Shown here in pieces: positions 1 through 9,524 of a DNA stretch of 64,000 nt. Numbering within the stretch: the stretch's first letter is position 1; each line of letters starts with the position of its first letter. The stretch comes from Acidaminobacteraceae bacterium. Its GTDB lineage: Bacteria > Bacillota > Clostridia > Peptostreptococcales > Acidaminobacteraceae. A model generated the notes under the pieces. It was not told where the DNA came from, ran no database searches, and saw nothing but the letters and a program-made list of their open reading frames with translations. Location of the stretch: assembly GCA_041781135.1 (NCBI GenBank), contig JBHAZV010000006.1, positions 8,276 to 72,275 of the forward strand, in the 5' to 3' direction. Made by a program: the position numbers and the translations under genes.

Positions 1-692
1 TCCCTCTCCATCGCCATTCTGATTTTTTCGCGGTCCGCTACGAGCATCTCGCGCTCCAGCGCAGTTCCAAGCTGTGCACAGACAGCCTGAATTATCAGAA
101 GCTGCTGACCTGTCGGAGCCGCATCCAAAAGCGTAAGCCGCCCCAGCCTTCCGGAGGCACCTGCTATTTCAAACGAAATCGAATCGGACGCCGGAGCAAA
201 CGCCGTTTTGGACGCCGGATCCGGCTTATATTCTCCGAGACAGATGGAGCTTTTCAGCCCCGCATATTCCCGCACCAGTTCCTTTGCTTTTTTTATCACG
301 CTTTCTGTACCCCCGGCGGATAGAAACCCCGAAGCTATTCGATACAGTACGCCCGCTAATTTAGTTTCGCGCTGCAGGCGGGATGTAATCAGACCCGACA
401 CTATCCCGGTCGCAGCAAAAAACAGCAAAAGCATCAAATCGCTCGGACTGTACACGAAAAAAGAATAATAAGGTTCAGTAAACAGGAAATTAAACAAAAG
501 CGCGCAGATAAACGCCGAACCGATCGCCCACCAAAGACTGCTTGTAAAAACTGCGGCAAACAGCACGCCAAGCAAAAACATCATTATTATGCTCTCGTTG
601 GCAACGCCAAGCCAGGCTGCAAGTATTGCAAGTATAGTCGCCGCGCCGATGGTTGCAGCGGTTTTTCCGGCGTTTTTTAACGTAATGATCAC
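1..692 (-). CDS. KdpD-like sensor histidine kinase, N-terminal membrane (DUF4118-type) plus GAF-like part; 3' end runs off the window
   Basis: Not in the ORF track (no Met start). My own minus-strand translation from GTG 692 reads VIITLKNAGKTAATIGAATILAILAAWLGVANESIIMMFLLGVLFAAVFTSSLWWAIGSAFICALLFNFLFTEPYYSFFVYSPSDLMLLLFFAATGIVSGLITSRLQRE...LEREMLVADREKIRMAMER and reaches the edge. The FNFxFTEPxxSF motif and the TM helices are typical of the KdpD membrane module. Start codon is uncertain (no SD). Confidence 0.55.
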   Translation of the reverse strand, partial: MIITLKNAGKTAATIGAATILAILAAWLGVANESIIMMFLLGVLFAAVFTSSLWWAIGSAFICALLFNFLFTEPYYSFFVYSPSDLMLLLFFAATGIVSGLITSRLQRETKLAGVLYRIASGFLSAGGTESVIKKAKELVREYAGLKSSICLGEYKPDPASKTAFAPASDSISFEIAGASGRLGRLTLLDAAPTGQQLLIIQAVCAQLGTALEREMLVADREKIRMAMER

Positions 693-698
693 CCCTTG

Positions 699-1352
699 CT
701 AATTCATTTTATTTATCATTTTCAGTATATCTCTCTGTTCTCCCGCGACGATAATATGTTCGTGTTTGCGGAAAATATGATCCGCGCTGATCAACGGAAA
801 AATATGTTTGCCACTGCGCACGCCGATCACATTGACGCGATACCTCATTCGTACGTTAAGCTCGCGTACATCGCGTCCAATCCAGCCATCAGGCGACTCC
901 ACCTCCATAATAGCGTACTCAGGTGAAAGTTCAATATAGTCAAATGAACCCTTTGCAGAATATCGAACTGCGGTTCTCTGTGCCATATCCCTCTCCGGAT
1001 AAACCACATCGTCAGCGCCGATTTTTTTAAGCAGCTCCGCGTGAATCTCGCGATCGGACTTTGCAACGACATAATTTGCGCCGAGCTCTTTCAGAAGCGA
1101 AGTAATCTCCATTGAAGACTGAAAATTGTCGCTTATGCACACAAAGCATATGTCAAAATTACGAACCCCCAGCCCCGCAAGCACGTCGCGATCCATGCAA
1201 TCGCCGATCTGAACTCGCGTTACAAAAGGCTCGAGCTTCTGTACAGCCTCCTCGTCCATATCGACGAGCATCACCTCATTATGAAGCTCTGTCAACTTGA
1301 CCGCCAGATTTTTTCCGAAGCGCCCGGCGCCTATTACCAGCATCGACCTCAT
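699..1352 (-). CDS. ktrA: K+ uptake system NAD-binding subunit (TrkA/KtrA family)
   Basis: ORF 699..1382. Rossmann motif MLVIGAGRFGKNLA, with TrkA-N plus TrkA-C size. Start moved to ATG 1352, which is preceded by GGAGG (1357-1361). Confidence 0.85.
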   Translation of the reverse strand: MRSMLVIGAGRFGKNLAVKLTELHNEVMLVDMDEEAVQKLEPFVTRVQIGDCMDRDVLAGLGVRNFDICFVCISDNFQSSMEITSLLKELGANYVVAKSDREIHAELLKKIGADDVVYPERDMAQRTAVRYSAKGSFDYIELSPEYAIMEVESPDGWIGRDVRELNVRMRYRVNVIGVRSGKHIFPLISADHIFRKHEHIIVAGEQRDILKMINKMN

Positions 1353-1371
1353 TTTTCCTCCACTGTAAATT

Positions 1372-2712
1372 TTAACCAACAATAATTTTGCCGACGGGAT
1401 TTTTCAGCTTGCCCGTATTCCTCGGCTGAACCACCGCCATAAAAACCGCAAGACTCCCGACACGCCCGGCGTACATTAACAGAATAATCGTGATTTTCGA
1501 CAAAACAGTAAGCTCGGGAGTTATACCGACAGTGAGCCCCACAGTGCCTATTGCAGACAAGGATTCAAAAGCGGCGGCGCCAAGCGGCTGACCCTGCGCA
1601 CATAGGATCAGGATGCCGCACGCCGTCATCACAAGGTATATCGCCGCACCGCTAAAAGCGCGCCTTATAACCTCCGGCTCCAGTCTAAAATGGAAAATAT
1701 TTACATCTTCTCTTGCTCTGAGCTGTGCCGCCACAGAAGCTACGATCACGGCAAACGTCGTCACTTTTATGCCGCCTCCTGTGCCGCCGGGTGCAGCTCC
1801 TATCAACATTAGCAACATTATGACAAATTTACTTCCATCTGACATGGATGCTATATCGATGCTGCTAAATCCTGCCGTACGCGGCGTTATTGACTGAAAC
1901 AAAGCCGAAAGCATGCGCGTGCCGGTGTCCATCCGGCGCATAGTCCCGTCGTATTCAAGAATAAAAAAGGCGGCGGTTCCGGCAAGCAGAAGCGCCAGCG
2001 AGAAAAACAGCACGACCTTTGTATGCAGATGCAGGTACTTAAAGCGGAATTGACTCTCTATCAGATCATTCCATACCACAAACCCAATGCCGCCCGACAT
2101 AATGAGCACAGCCACAGTGAGAAGTACGACAGGATCGTCATAAAAACTTGTAAGAGAGGAAAACTGCGACCGCACTCCCATCAGATCGAAACCCGCATTG
2201 CAAAAAGCGGATACAGAATGAAACAAGGAAAACCAAATTCCGCGCCAAAACCCGAATATCGGAACAAAGCGAGTTGCCAAGAGCAAAGTGCCGATTCCCT
2301 CAAAAAATGCAGTGCCTATCAGCATTCTGCGAACAAGCCTGACCACTCCGCCCACCTGCATATAGCCGACCGCCTCTGCCAGCAGAGAGCGCTCCCGAAG
2401 GCCGATCCGCCTGCCGACGGCAAGAGAAAACAGTATGGCGACTGCCATAAACCCAAGTCCGCCAATTTGAATAAGCAGCAGGATTACCGCCTGTCCAAAA
2501 TACGAAAACTGAGTCCAAGTGTCATATACTGCAAGCCCTGTCACACAAGTAGCCGATGCGGATGTAAAAAGTGAATTCAGGAACGGTACACCGGAATCGC
2601 CTCGACTCGCCTCAGGCAAGCTAAGAAGCAACCCTCCAACCAAAATGAGCGCCGCAAATCCAAAAGAAATGACTTGAGTGGCGCTCAGCTTTTTAGCATT
2701 CACTGCCGACAC
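1372..2712 (-). CDS. ktrB: K+ transporter membrane subunit (TrkH/KtrB family)
   Basis: 446-aa polytopic protein with repeated pore-loop glycine motifs (TCVTGLAV, CNAGFD, TPRTAGF, IGTVGLTVG). GTG start at 2712 with AGGGAG just upstream. Adjacent to ktrA. Confidence 0.85.
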   Translation of the reverse strand: MSAVNAKKLSATQVISFGFAALILVGGLLLSLPEASRGDSGVPFLNSLFTSASATCVTGLAVYDTWTQFSYFGQAVILLLIQIGGLGFMAVAILFSLAVGRRIGLRERSLLAEAVGYMQVGGVVRLVRRMLIGTAFFEGIGTLLLATRFVPIFGFWRGIWFSLFHSVSAFCNAGFDLMGVRSQFSSLTSFYDDPVVLLTVAVLIMSGGIGFVVWNDLIESQFRFKYLHLHTKVVLFFSLALLLAGTAAFFILEYDGTMRRMDTGTRMLSALFQSITPRTAGFSSIDIASMSDGSKFVIMLLMLIGAAPGGTGGGIKVTTFAVIVASVAAQLRAREDVNIFHFRLEPEVIRRAFSGAAIYLVMTACGILILCAQGQPLGAAAFESLSAIGTVGLTVGITPELTVLSKITIILLMYAGRVGSLAVFMAVVQPRNTGKLKNPVGKIIVG

Positions 2713-2836
2713 TCCCTGACTTTGCCGGCAAAAATTTCATGACATCCACCGCCTTTCCGTACAACAATATCAGAAAGAGTATAATGGCAGTGTCCTATTT
2801 GCATACCCATGTATTATTTTTGTGTAAAGATTGCAA

Positions 2837-2883
2837 GTACATTTACTATACACAACAAAACATAACAAATATAGTAAATGTAC
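2837..2883. repeat. Perfect 14-bp-stem hairpin GTACATTTACTATA-N19-TATAGTAAATGTAC (module 1)
   Basis: Arms 2837-2850 and 2870-2883 are exact reverse complements. AT-rich, with no U-tract. Confidence 0.8.
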
Positions 2884-2943
2884 AATACAATACCTAAGAG
2901 GTGTACAAGTGAAACTCTTCGTATAGGCAAACGCGGCTAATAA

Positions 2944-2999
2944 GCAAACTCATTTACTATATACAATTAAGGTTATAAAAATATAGTAAATGAGCTTGC
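2944..2999. repeat. Hairpin CTCATTTACTATAT-N18-ATATAGTAAATGAG (module 2), related to module 1
   Basis: Arms 2949-2962 and 2981-2994 are exact reverse complements. The stem extends to 19 bp (2944-2999) with one mismatch. It shares the core TTTACTATA/TATAGTAAA with module 1. Confidence 0.8.
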
Positions 3000-3048
3000 A
3001 CAGTACCTAAAAGGCATATTTTCGATATGAAGCTAAGTTATGCTAAAT

Positions 3049-4089
3049 CTACTGCCACGGCAGTTCATTAATAATATCGCCTGGATTTACTTCATCGCGG
3101 TAGAGTACCTCTCGTGTAACACCCTGATATGTTACAGTCACATATGTTCCGTGAATCGTATCAATTCTATACGGACACCACTGATTGTATGGAACCTGCT
3201 GATAAAACCCACTTACATGCTCTAATAAATGCTGTACAAAAACCATATTTGCGGTAGGGACCGGATCGTCGTCATCGATATCTAAATCGTCGTACGCAAC
3301 ATCGTCGTAGCTGACATTTGCGGCAGGGATCTCCGCCGCTTCCGCCTCGCGCTTGTCCTCCGCAATTTGAGCCGCGGTCCGTTCCTCGTCTATGTCGTCT
3401 TCATCAAAACCGAGAGGGTTCAGCACTTCAGGTTCTAAAAATTCATAGTAAAGACCCTGTATTTTGAATTCCTTTGGCACTGCTCCAAAGCGCTCGCCGG
3501 CAACAGGGATGGAAAGGCACGAAGGCGCAGTGAGTATTTTTGTCTTTAGCTCTCCGCCCTCGACAAACATTGGCGCAAGCTTGTTTCCGTCCATCCTGTA
3601 ATCCACCTCTATAACACCCTCGGCAAGCCAGATATCCGCCTTGCCGTTTCTGATCTGCACATAGAACTCCGTTCCGCGGACTCCCATTACAGCCGTCGGC
3701 GTCTTGATCCTGTATTTTGAATTTAGGTCGAGCTTTTTATCTATCTTGCTCCCGATGCCGCCCGACTGCAAGGTAAATGTAGTCTGCGTCGAACTTGCGC
3801 TGTTTGCAAGTTCAGAAACTACAACAACAGTATTTGCGGCAAGTATCACCTCTTTGTCACCATCTAATTTAATTACCGCCTTGCTGTCCTTTCCGGTAAT
3901 TATGGTGTCTCCCTCATCGAGTCGCATATTCTTAAACGCCTTGATAGTCTTAGCCGAAGCTTCTCTCTTGACGAGCACATCTCCATAGAAATCGTCTATC
4001 CTCGCAGTCCTCTCTATCGCTGCAAATGCCGGCGCAACAGCCAGCACAGCCATAAGAACCACCACGGATATCGCAATTATTTTTCTCAT
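3049..4089 (-). CDS. Secreted FecR-domain protein
   Basis: ORF 3049..4164. The likely start is ATG 4089 (MRKIIAISVVVLMAVLAVAPAFA signal peptide, G-rich SD). FecR-like core: GDVLVKREASAKTIKAFKNMRLDEGDTIITGKDSKAVIKL...TPTAVMGVRGTEF. Confidence 0.7.
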   Translation of the reverse strand: MRKIIAISVVVLMAVLAVAPAFAAIERTARIDDFYGDVLVKREASAKTIKAFKNMRLDEGDTIITGKDSKAVIKLDGDKEVILAANTVVVVSELANSASSTQTTFTLQSGGIGSKIDKKLDLNSKYRIKTPTAVMGVRGTEFYVQIRNGKADIWLAEGVIEVDYRMDGNKLAPMFVEGGELKTKILTAPSCLSIPVAGERFGAVPKEFKIQGLYYEFLEPEVLNPLGFDEDDIDEERTAAQIAEDKREAEAAEIPAANVSYDDVAYDDLDIDDDDPVPTANMVFVQHLLEHVSGFYQQVPYNQWCPYRIDTIHGTYVTVTYQGVTREVLYRDEVNPGDIINELPWQ

Positions 4090-4111
4090 ACTACCCCCCT
4101 TTTTTGTTTTG

Positions 4112-5935
4112 TTAAATATTATTAACACCTTGTTTGCCCAATAAACCCTTAACTTCATATACATTTACACTCTGCTGCTTTCCCTTTACGCTGAGCGCTC
4201 CAAGCGGTGCAGCGACAACCCTGTTCTCTACGAGCCTGTATGTCGATTCAGATATGAGTATCTGTCCGGGCTTTGCGTTGCTTTCGAGCCTCGCTGCTGT
4301 GTTTACAGCGTCGCCTATCGCAGTATAGTCAAGTCTGTGCGAGGCGCCGATATTGCCGACGATAGCATCACCGGTATTTATTCCTACCCCGAAGCTGACT
4401 GTCCTTCCGTATTTCTCCATAAGATTTTTGGAAAGCTTTTCAGCTCCGCTCTGCATATGCAGCGCAGTTTGCACAGCACTGTATGCGTGGTCCTCTATTT
4501 CGAGCGGCGCTCCAAAAAGCCCCATTGCCGCGTCGCCGATATACTTGTCAAGAGTGCCGTCATATTTGAAAATCGCCTCTGCACAAAGGTCGAGGTACTC
4601 GTTCAAAATACCGACCACTTGCTCAGGTTCCAATTTTTCCGACATCGTAGTAAACCCACGTATATCGACAAAGAGCACAGATATATTTTTCTTTGTACCT
4701 CCAAGACCGAGCGCGTCCTCTCCGCCTCTGAGCAGCCTGTCGACCAGCCGCGGCTCCATGTACTTGCCAAAGACATTTGTGACCCTGCGCCTCTCCAAAG
4801 ACTCCTGTACATACTTTACCACATTTATCACGACAAATACGAAGAACACTGACGACAGCGGATACAGAAGGCTGAATATGTAACCGGCCTTCAGCCTCGA
4901 AAGCGACACCGCGCACCATACGAACGCAGCCATCAGGGCAAAAGTCGCGGCAGCTCCGTAAAGAAGTCTAAGCCTTGAAAACAACACTATCGCAAATGCT
5001 GATATCAGCAGCAATACAGCAATTTCGAGATATATCGGCATCCGCACCCAACTGAGCTGTTCGCGCATCTGCTGAATAATATTAGCGTGCACTTCTATGC
5101 CGTACATAGGATATGTTCTGTCAATGGCGGTAAAATAATAATCATCCGCCAGACCTATTGCGGTGACCCCCACCAGCACTACCTTGTCCCTGAAATATTC
5201 GGGGTCCACCTCTCCTGTCAGCACCATGTAGTATGGTACTTGCTCAAACGTACCTGCTCTTCCTGCATACCTGATATATGCCATTTCAAACGCATCGGCA
5301 GGAAGCAGCTGCAAATCGGAGGATTCTTCGGCATTTTTTCTATATGCCTCCCGAAATATGGCGCTCGCAAAGCTTTCGACTATTTTGTCGCCATTTTTAA
5401 TTTTTAGAACCGTCTTTCGCAAAATACCGTCCGAATCGGGGATAGTATTGATATGCGCAGTGTTTACATGTTTTCCCAGCAACTCAGTAGGCATATTGAA
5501 TATAAACGAGGATATCATCCCCTGCGCGGCGCTTTCGTCAAATACGCCATACCCTGCGAAAATCGGCTTTTTTGAGAGTTTCGAAAGACTTTCGGCAAAT
5601 TCGGCATCCGCATCGCTTTCTTCCATAAACAGCAAATCAACGCCTATCGCCTTAGGATCGCCGCTGTCGATAATTTCGAGCAGCATTCCATGGTAAGACC
5701 TATGCCATGGCCATCTGCCGAGCACATCCAGACTTTCGTCATCAATTGCCACAATTACAACATCCGTAGAAAGCTCCCGGTCTCTCTGATACACTAAATC
5801 GTCTATAAAATAATTTATGTCTTCGAATACATCAAAATACAGAAAAACTGCAAACAGAAGCGCTACAAATGACGACAAAACCACCGCAGCGTACCTGCCC
5901 CTGATAAATCCTCTGCTTTTGATAAATCCTTTCAT
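4112..5935 (-). CDS. CHASE2-domain class III adenylate/guanylate cyclase
   Basis: 607 aa with an N-terminal TM, an extracytoplasmic region, a TM cluster and a cyclase catalytic domain (VLFVDIRGFTTMSE...YIGDAAMGLFGAP...GINTGDAIVGNIG...YTAIGDAVNTAARLES). Confidence 0.85.
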   Translation of the reverse strand: MKGFIKSRGFIRGRYAAVVLSSFVALLFAVFLYFDVFEDINYFIDDLVYQRDRELSTDVVIVAIDDESLDVLGRWPWHRSYHGMLLEIIDSGDPKAIGVDLLFMEESDADAEFAESLSKLSKKPIFAGYGVFDESAAQGMISSFIFNMPTELLGKHVNTAHINTIPDSDGILRKTVLKIKNGDKIVESFASAIFREAYRKNAEESSDLQLLPADAFEMAYIRYAGRAGTFEQVPYYMVLTGEVDPEYFRDKVVLVGVTAIGLADDYYFTAIDRTYPMYGIEVHANIIQQMREQLSWVRMPIYLEIAVLLLISAFAIVLFSRLRLLYGAAATFALMAAFVWCAVSLSRLKAGYIFSLLYPLSSVFFVFVVINVVKYVQESLERRRVTNVFGKYMEPRLVDRLLRGGEDALGLGGTKKNISVLFVDIRGFTTMSEKLEPEQVVGILNEYLDLCAEAIFKYDGTLDKYIGDAAMGLFGAPLEIEDHAYSAVQTALHMQSGAEKLSKNLMEKYGRTVSFGVGINTGDAIVGNIGASHRLDYTAIGDAVNTAARLESNAKPGQILISESTYRLVENRVVAAPLGALSVKGKQQSVNVYEVKGLLGKQGVNNI

Positions 5936-5945
5936 AGACGCGCTC

Positions 5946-6881
5946 CTAAATATCTATCACAGAGCCGTCGCGCGCGCAGAAAGCGCCATCAAATATCGAA
6001 GAAGCTCTCGCCTCGATTTCGTCGAGTTCGGCATCTTTTCTGCGCTCTCTGTGGTGAAACAGCGCAAGCGCTTTTACACCAGCCGACGCTGCAAACGCAG
6101 AGGCATATTCGTAGCTCGAATGTCCCCAGTCCGTTCTGTCTACGCCGTCCAAAGCGCCAAGCATCTCGTCTCTGGCAAAAAAAGCGTCGTAGATGAGCAA
6201 ATCCGCACCGCGAACAAAGTCGGCAAATGCCGCAGCGCGCTCCCCGACAAGCTCCGAAGTATCAGTCGCATATACGAACACCCTCCTGCCGGACGGCAAG
6301 CGCTCCGTAAGCCTGTACGCTATCGAGCCTCCAGGATGACAAAGCTCAAATATATCGACACGCACATCTTCAGACAACGCGACCCCGCCCGCACCGACAC
6401 ATTCAAACACAATTCGGGCAGGGTAATTGCTGAGCGTAAACGGCAAAAACGGCGGACTGATAAATCGTTCGAATACCCTGCGCAGCGCGTCGCCGTGCTC
6501 CGTGCCTTGCCCGGAGCGCGTATCAGAAATTTGTTCGTCACATTGCCCGGTACACTCTGCACTATTTTGTCTGTCACCCCGACCAAAGCGCCATGCCGGA
6601 TTTCCGGCATATATATGCACCTCGGTCGAACCATCAAAAAGCGGTGCAAAAAACGGCAAGCCCTGTATGTGATCATAATGCATATGCGAAAGAAATATGT
6701 TGTATACTTTTGTTTGAGGGTATTCAGAAGCCAAAAATTCGGTTATGCCCGTCCCTGCGTCAAAAAACACCAAAAGCCCACCGGCAGAAACTTCCACGCA
6801 GCTTGTATTTCCTCCGTATTTAACGTACTCATCGCCCGAAACAGGTAATGTGCCTCTAGTACCTCTGATTTTGATTTTCAT
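5946..6881 (-). CDS. MBL-fold metallo-hydrolase
   Basis: HxHxDH motif (LSHMHYDHIQGLPFF), and 311 aa is typical of the beta-lactamase fold. Confidence 0.7.
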   Translation of the reverse strand: MKIKIRGTRGTLPVSGDEYVKYGGNTSCVEVSAGGLLVFFDAGTGITEFLASEYPQTKVYNIFLSHMHYDHIQGLPFFAPLFDGSTEVHIYAGNPAWRFGRGDRQNSAECTGQCDEQISDTRSGQGTEHGDALRRVFERFISPPFLPFTLSNYPARIVFECVGAGGVALSEDVRVDIFELCHPGGSIAYRLTERLPSGRRVFVYATDTSELVGERAAAFADFVRGADLLIYDAFFARDEMLGALDGVDRTDWGHSSYEYASAFAASAGVKALALFHHRERRKDAELDEIEARASSIFDGAFCARDGSVIDI

Positions 6882-6903
6882 AACGCTCTGCTTACTTTAC
6901 GCT

Positions 6904-8247
6904 CTACTTAATCGTATTGATTTCTATGACTCTTAGATCGCCTATCCAGTTTATTTCCATACCGAATGTCTCGACCACCTGCCTTAACGGAACAAACGAC
7001 CTGCCATCGTTAATAATAAGCCCGTCTTTTAGCTTAATCTGAAGATTCTCATACCTGCAGACTACCGCCCTCTCCGAAGCTATCCACTCGACATCTCCGC
7101 CGATAAACTCGACCAAAACCCTCAGCGGAACATATGTTCTGCCATTTACTATTATCGGCCGAACATCGTCAAACCTGACCTTTACTCCGTCTACATATAT
7201 ATCGGCGCTGTCTGGAACCAAACATTTTTCGTAATTCCTCACGGGCATAAGTTCCTTTGGCGAGCAGAACTTTAATACCCTGCTATTATTCGTATCGGCG
7301 ACAAACAGCCTTCCTGCGGCAACTAAAATAGATTTAGGACTGTCTAAAAGCAGGACTTCACCATCTACAAAGCCAACCCTGCCGCCTAAAAGGATATCGA
7401 CTGCCCTCTGGCCGTTAGAAGCGATGTACGCTTTTCGCACCGCGTGATTCCCAGTGTCGGCAATATAAAAAGCCGAGTCATAGACAAATATGTCTGACGG
7501 CGCGGCAAACCTTGCTATTCCTGCAAATCCGTTTACAAATCCCCTTTCTCCGCCCAAAACTTTGGCAGCCGCCTTATCGTTCTCTTTAAAATTTACTATT
7601 GAGCTCGTCTCAAGCTCGCACACGAAAACATCCTTGCCGCTTACATCGATGCCTGCCGGTTTCAAAACTTTAACATTTAAGGTGGTTACTCTGCCATCTT
7701 TTTCAATTTTGCGGATGGCGTTGTTTTCGGTATCGGAGACAAGTATGCTGCCATCGGCAAGAACAGCAAGTGCGCTCGGACCATCGAATTTAGCAACCTG
7801 CCTGTAACCGTTTACAAGGCCCGCTCCTTTCCCACCTGCAATAGTAGTGACCTCTCCCTGATATATCTGTCTGATAGCGTTATTTCCGGTATCAGCTACT
7901 ACAATCGCTCCGCTCTCCAGAACCGCAACATCAGATGGCGATAAAAACATTGCTTTTTCAAGCTTTCCATCGACATAACCGCCCACAGGCATACCGTATA
8001 AATCCGTGCCGACGCTGATTCCTGCGATCCGCTTGACTTTGAGCGTCTTTATATCTATCTCAAATATTGCGTTTGCAGCTGAATCGGCGACAATTATTCT
8101 TTCGTTTGCCTCGTCATAGCACATGCCGCGCGGCGAAATCATATCGGCATCGCGAATAATATCCGCCGCAAACCCGACCATCCCCGCAAAAACAATTGCA
8201 AAAAATATCAGCGAATACTTAAGCGAATACATTACGGTCTTTTTCAT
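6904..8247 (-). CDS. NHL-repeat protein with C-terminal copper-amine-oxidase-N-like (stalk) repeats
   Basis: ORF 6904..8319. The start is likely ATG 8247 (GGAGGA SD; TM/signal MKKTVMYSLKYSLIFFAIVFAG). Repeated ADTGNNAIR / SDTENNAIRKI / ADTGNHAVRK / ADTNNSRVLKF motifs are NHL-like. The C-terminal GRTYVPLRVLVE and GRSFVPLRQVVE repeats are stalk-like. Confidence 0.65.
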   Translation of the reverse strand: MKKTVMYSLKYSLIFFAIVFAGMVGFAADIIRDADMISPRGMCYDEANERIIVADSAANAIFEIDIKTLKVKRIAGISVGTDLYGMPVGGYVDGKLEKAMFLSPSDVAVLESGAIVVADTGNNAIRQIYQGEVTTIAGGKGAGLVNGYRQVAKFDGPSALAVLADGSILVSDTENNAIRKIEKDGRVTTLNVKVLKPAGIDVSGKDVFVCELETSSIVNFKENDKAAAKVLGGERGFVNGFAGIARFAAPSDIFVYDSAFYIADTGNHAVRKAYIASNGQRAVDILLGGRVGFVDGEVLLLDSPKSILVAAGRLFVADTNNSRVLKFCSPKELMPVRNYEKCLVPDSADIYVDGVKVRFDDVRPIIVNGRTYVPLRVLVEFIGGDVEWIASERAVVCRYENLQIKLKDGLIINDGRSFVPLRQVVETFGMEINWIGDLRVIEINTIK

Positions 8248-8412
8248 AAGTCCTCCAAATGTGATATAATTGGTTTGTCGTACACAGTCCATCCCGACTA
8301 TATTATAAACTCGGCGCATCGATTATTCAACATATGCCTTCAATAAATGAACAACTCGGACACAGGGCTGCAAGTGCGCGCAAAAATCCGCAAATATCTT
8401 AGGAGATCAATT

Positions 8413-9519
8413 GTGACAGAACTGAGCAACAGCCAAAAAATGGAACTTCTGCTCTCGTATGCCGGAAAAATAGCCGAGACAAGGGAGCTCGATAACCTGC
8501 TCTACGAAATCGCGACTATGGGCAAGCTGCTGATCGGCGCAGACCGTTCCACTGTCTGGCTTCTCAACCAAAAGCGCGAAACACTGTGGACAAAGGTAGC
8601 TCACGGCATACCTACAATCGAAGTGCCGATGCACAGCGGAGTTGTTGGCGAATCTGTCCGAACAGGAGAAATAATCGTCTCCAACAATCCGTACGAACTC
8701 CCATATTTCAATCCGGAAGTCGACAAAAATACCGGTTACAAGACCGAGTCGCTGCTGACAATTCCTCTGTTCAACGATATTAACGAGCCGCTCGGAGCGT
8801 TCCAGTGCGTCAACAAAATCGCGGGAGACAAAAAATTCGATGACGAAGATGTTAAGCTTTTGCAATTAGTTGCGGGCTACGCCCAAAAGTCTCTCGTCGC
8901 CGCAATGCTCGCGCTCGAAATAGAAAAAACACAGGTCGAAATTATAATGCTGATGGCAGAAATCGGCGAATCGCGCTCGCGCGAGACCGGCAACCATGTA
9001 AAGAGAGTCGCCGAGGTCTCGAAGGAGCTTGCGCGCCTTGCGGGTTTAAGCGCACAGGATGCCCGCCTGATAGAAGTCGCCTCGCCGATGCACGACATAG
9101 GCAAGGTTTCCATACCCGACAGCATACTAAACAAGCCCGGAAAACTGACAGACGAAGAATACAAAACGATGCAGAACCACACTGTCACTGGGTACAATCT
9201 GTTAAACAACTCAAATCGCCCGATAATCAAAGCTTCGGCGATCATCGCTCACGAGCACCACGAAAAATGGAACGGAAAAGGCTACCCAAGAGGACTCCGC
9301 GGCGAGGAAATCCATATTTTCGGAAGAATTACGGCAATAGCGGATGTTTTTGACGCGCTTGCGTGCAGGCGCTGCTACAAAGAGGCGTGGGAACTTCCGC
9401 GCGTATATGAACTGTTTCAGCGAGAACGCGGCGAGCAGTTCGACCCAAGACTGACCGATATTTTTTTAGAAAATTTTGATTTTTTAGTATCGATACTCGA
9501 AAAACATAAAGATTTTTAA
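8413..9519 (+). CDS. GAF-domain HD-GYP phosphohydrolase (c-di-GMP phosphodiesterase family)
   Basis: ORF 8347..9519. GTG 8413 is preferred because AGGAG lies 7 nt upstream. HD-GYP signature: HDIGKVSIPDSILNKPGKLTDEEY...HHEKWNGKGYPRGL. An N-terminal GAF-like region is present. Confidence 0.85.
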   Translation: MTELSNSQKMELLLSYAGKIAETRELDNLLYEIATMGKLLIGADRSTVWLLNQKRETLWTKVAHGIPTIEVPMHSGVVGESVRTGEIIVSNNPYELPYFNPEVDKNTGYKTESLLTIPLFNDINEPLGAFQCVNKIAGDKKFDDEDVKLLQLVAGYAQKSLVAAMLALEIEKTQVEIIMLMAEIGESRSRETGNHVKRVAEVSKELARLAGLSAQDARLIEVASPMHDIGKVSIPDSILNKPGKLTDEEYKTMQNHTVTGYNLLNNSNRPIIKASAIIAHEHHEKWNGKGYPRGLRGEEIHIFGRITAIADVFDALACRRCYKEAWELPRVYELFQRERGEQFDPRLTDIFLENFDFLVSILEKHKDF

Positions 9520-9524
9520 CTAAA

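Noticed and set aside
690-701. The ktrA stop TAG is in frame with the downstream kinase ORF (TAG CAA GGG GTG...), suggesting read-through or Pyl recoding.
   Set aside because: A shared frame happens by chance one time in three. No pyl genes or PYLIS-like context is seen. Re-initiation at GTG 692 after termination is the simpler explanation.
2713-3048. Expected a c-di-AMP (ydaO/kimA-type) riboswitch upstream of ktrB.
   Set aside because: Reading the minus strand, I find none of the conserved G/C-rich pseudo-symmetric segments (ACGGGGA / CCCGAAUCC-like). The region is AT-rich and dominated by the two hairpin modules. A covariance-model scan is still needed for certainty.
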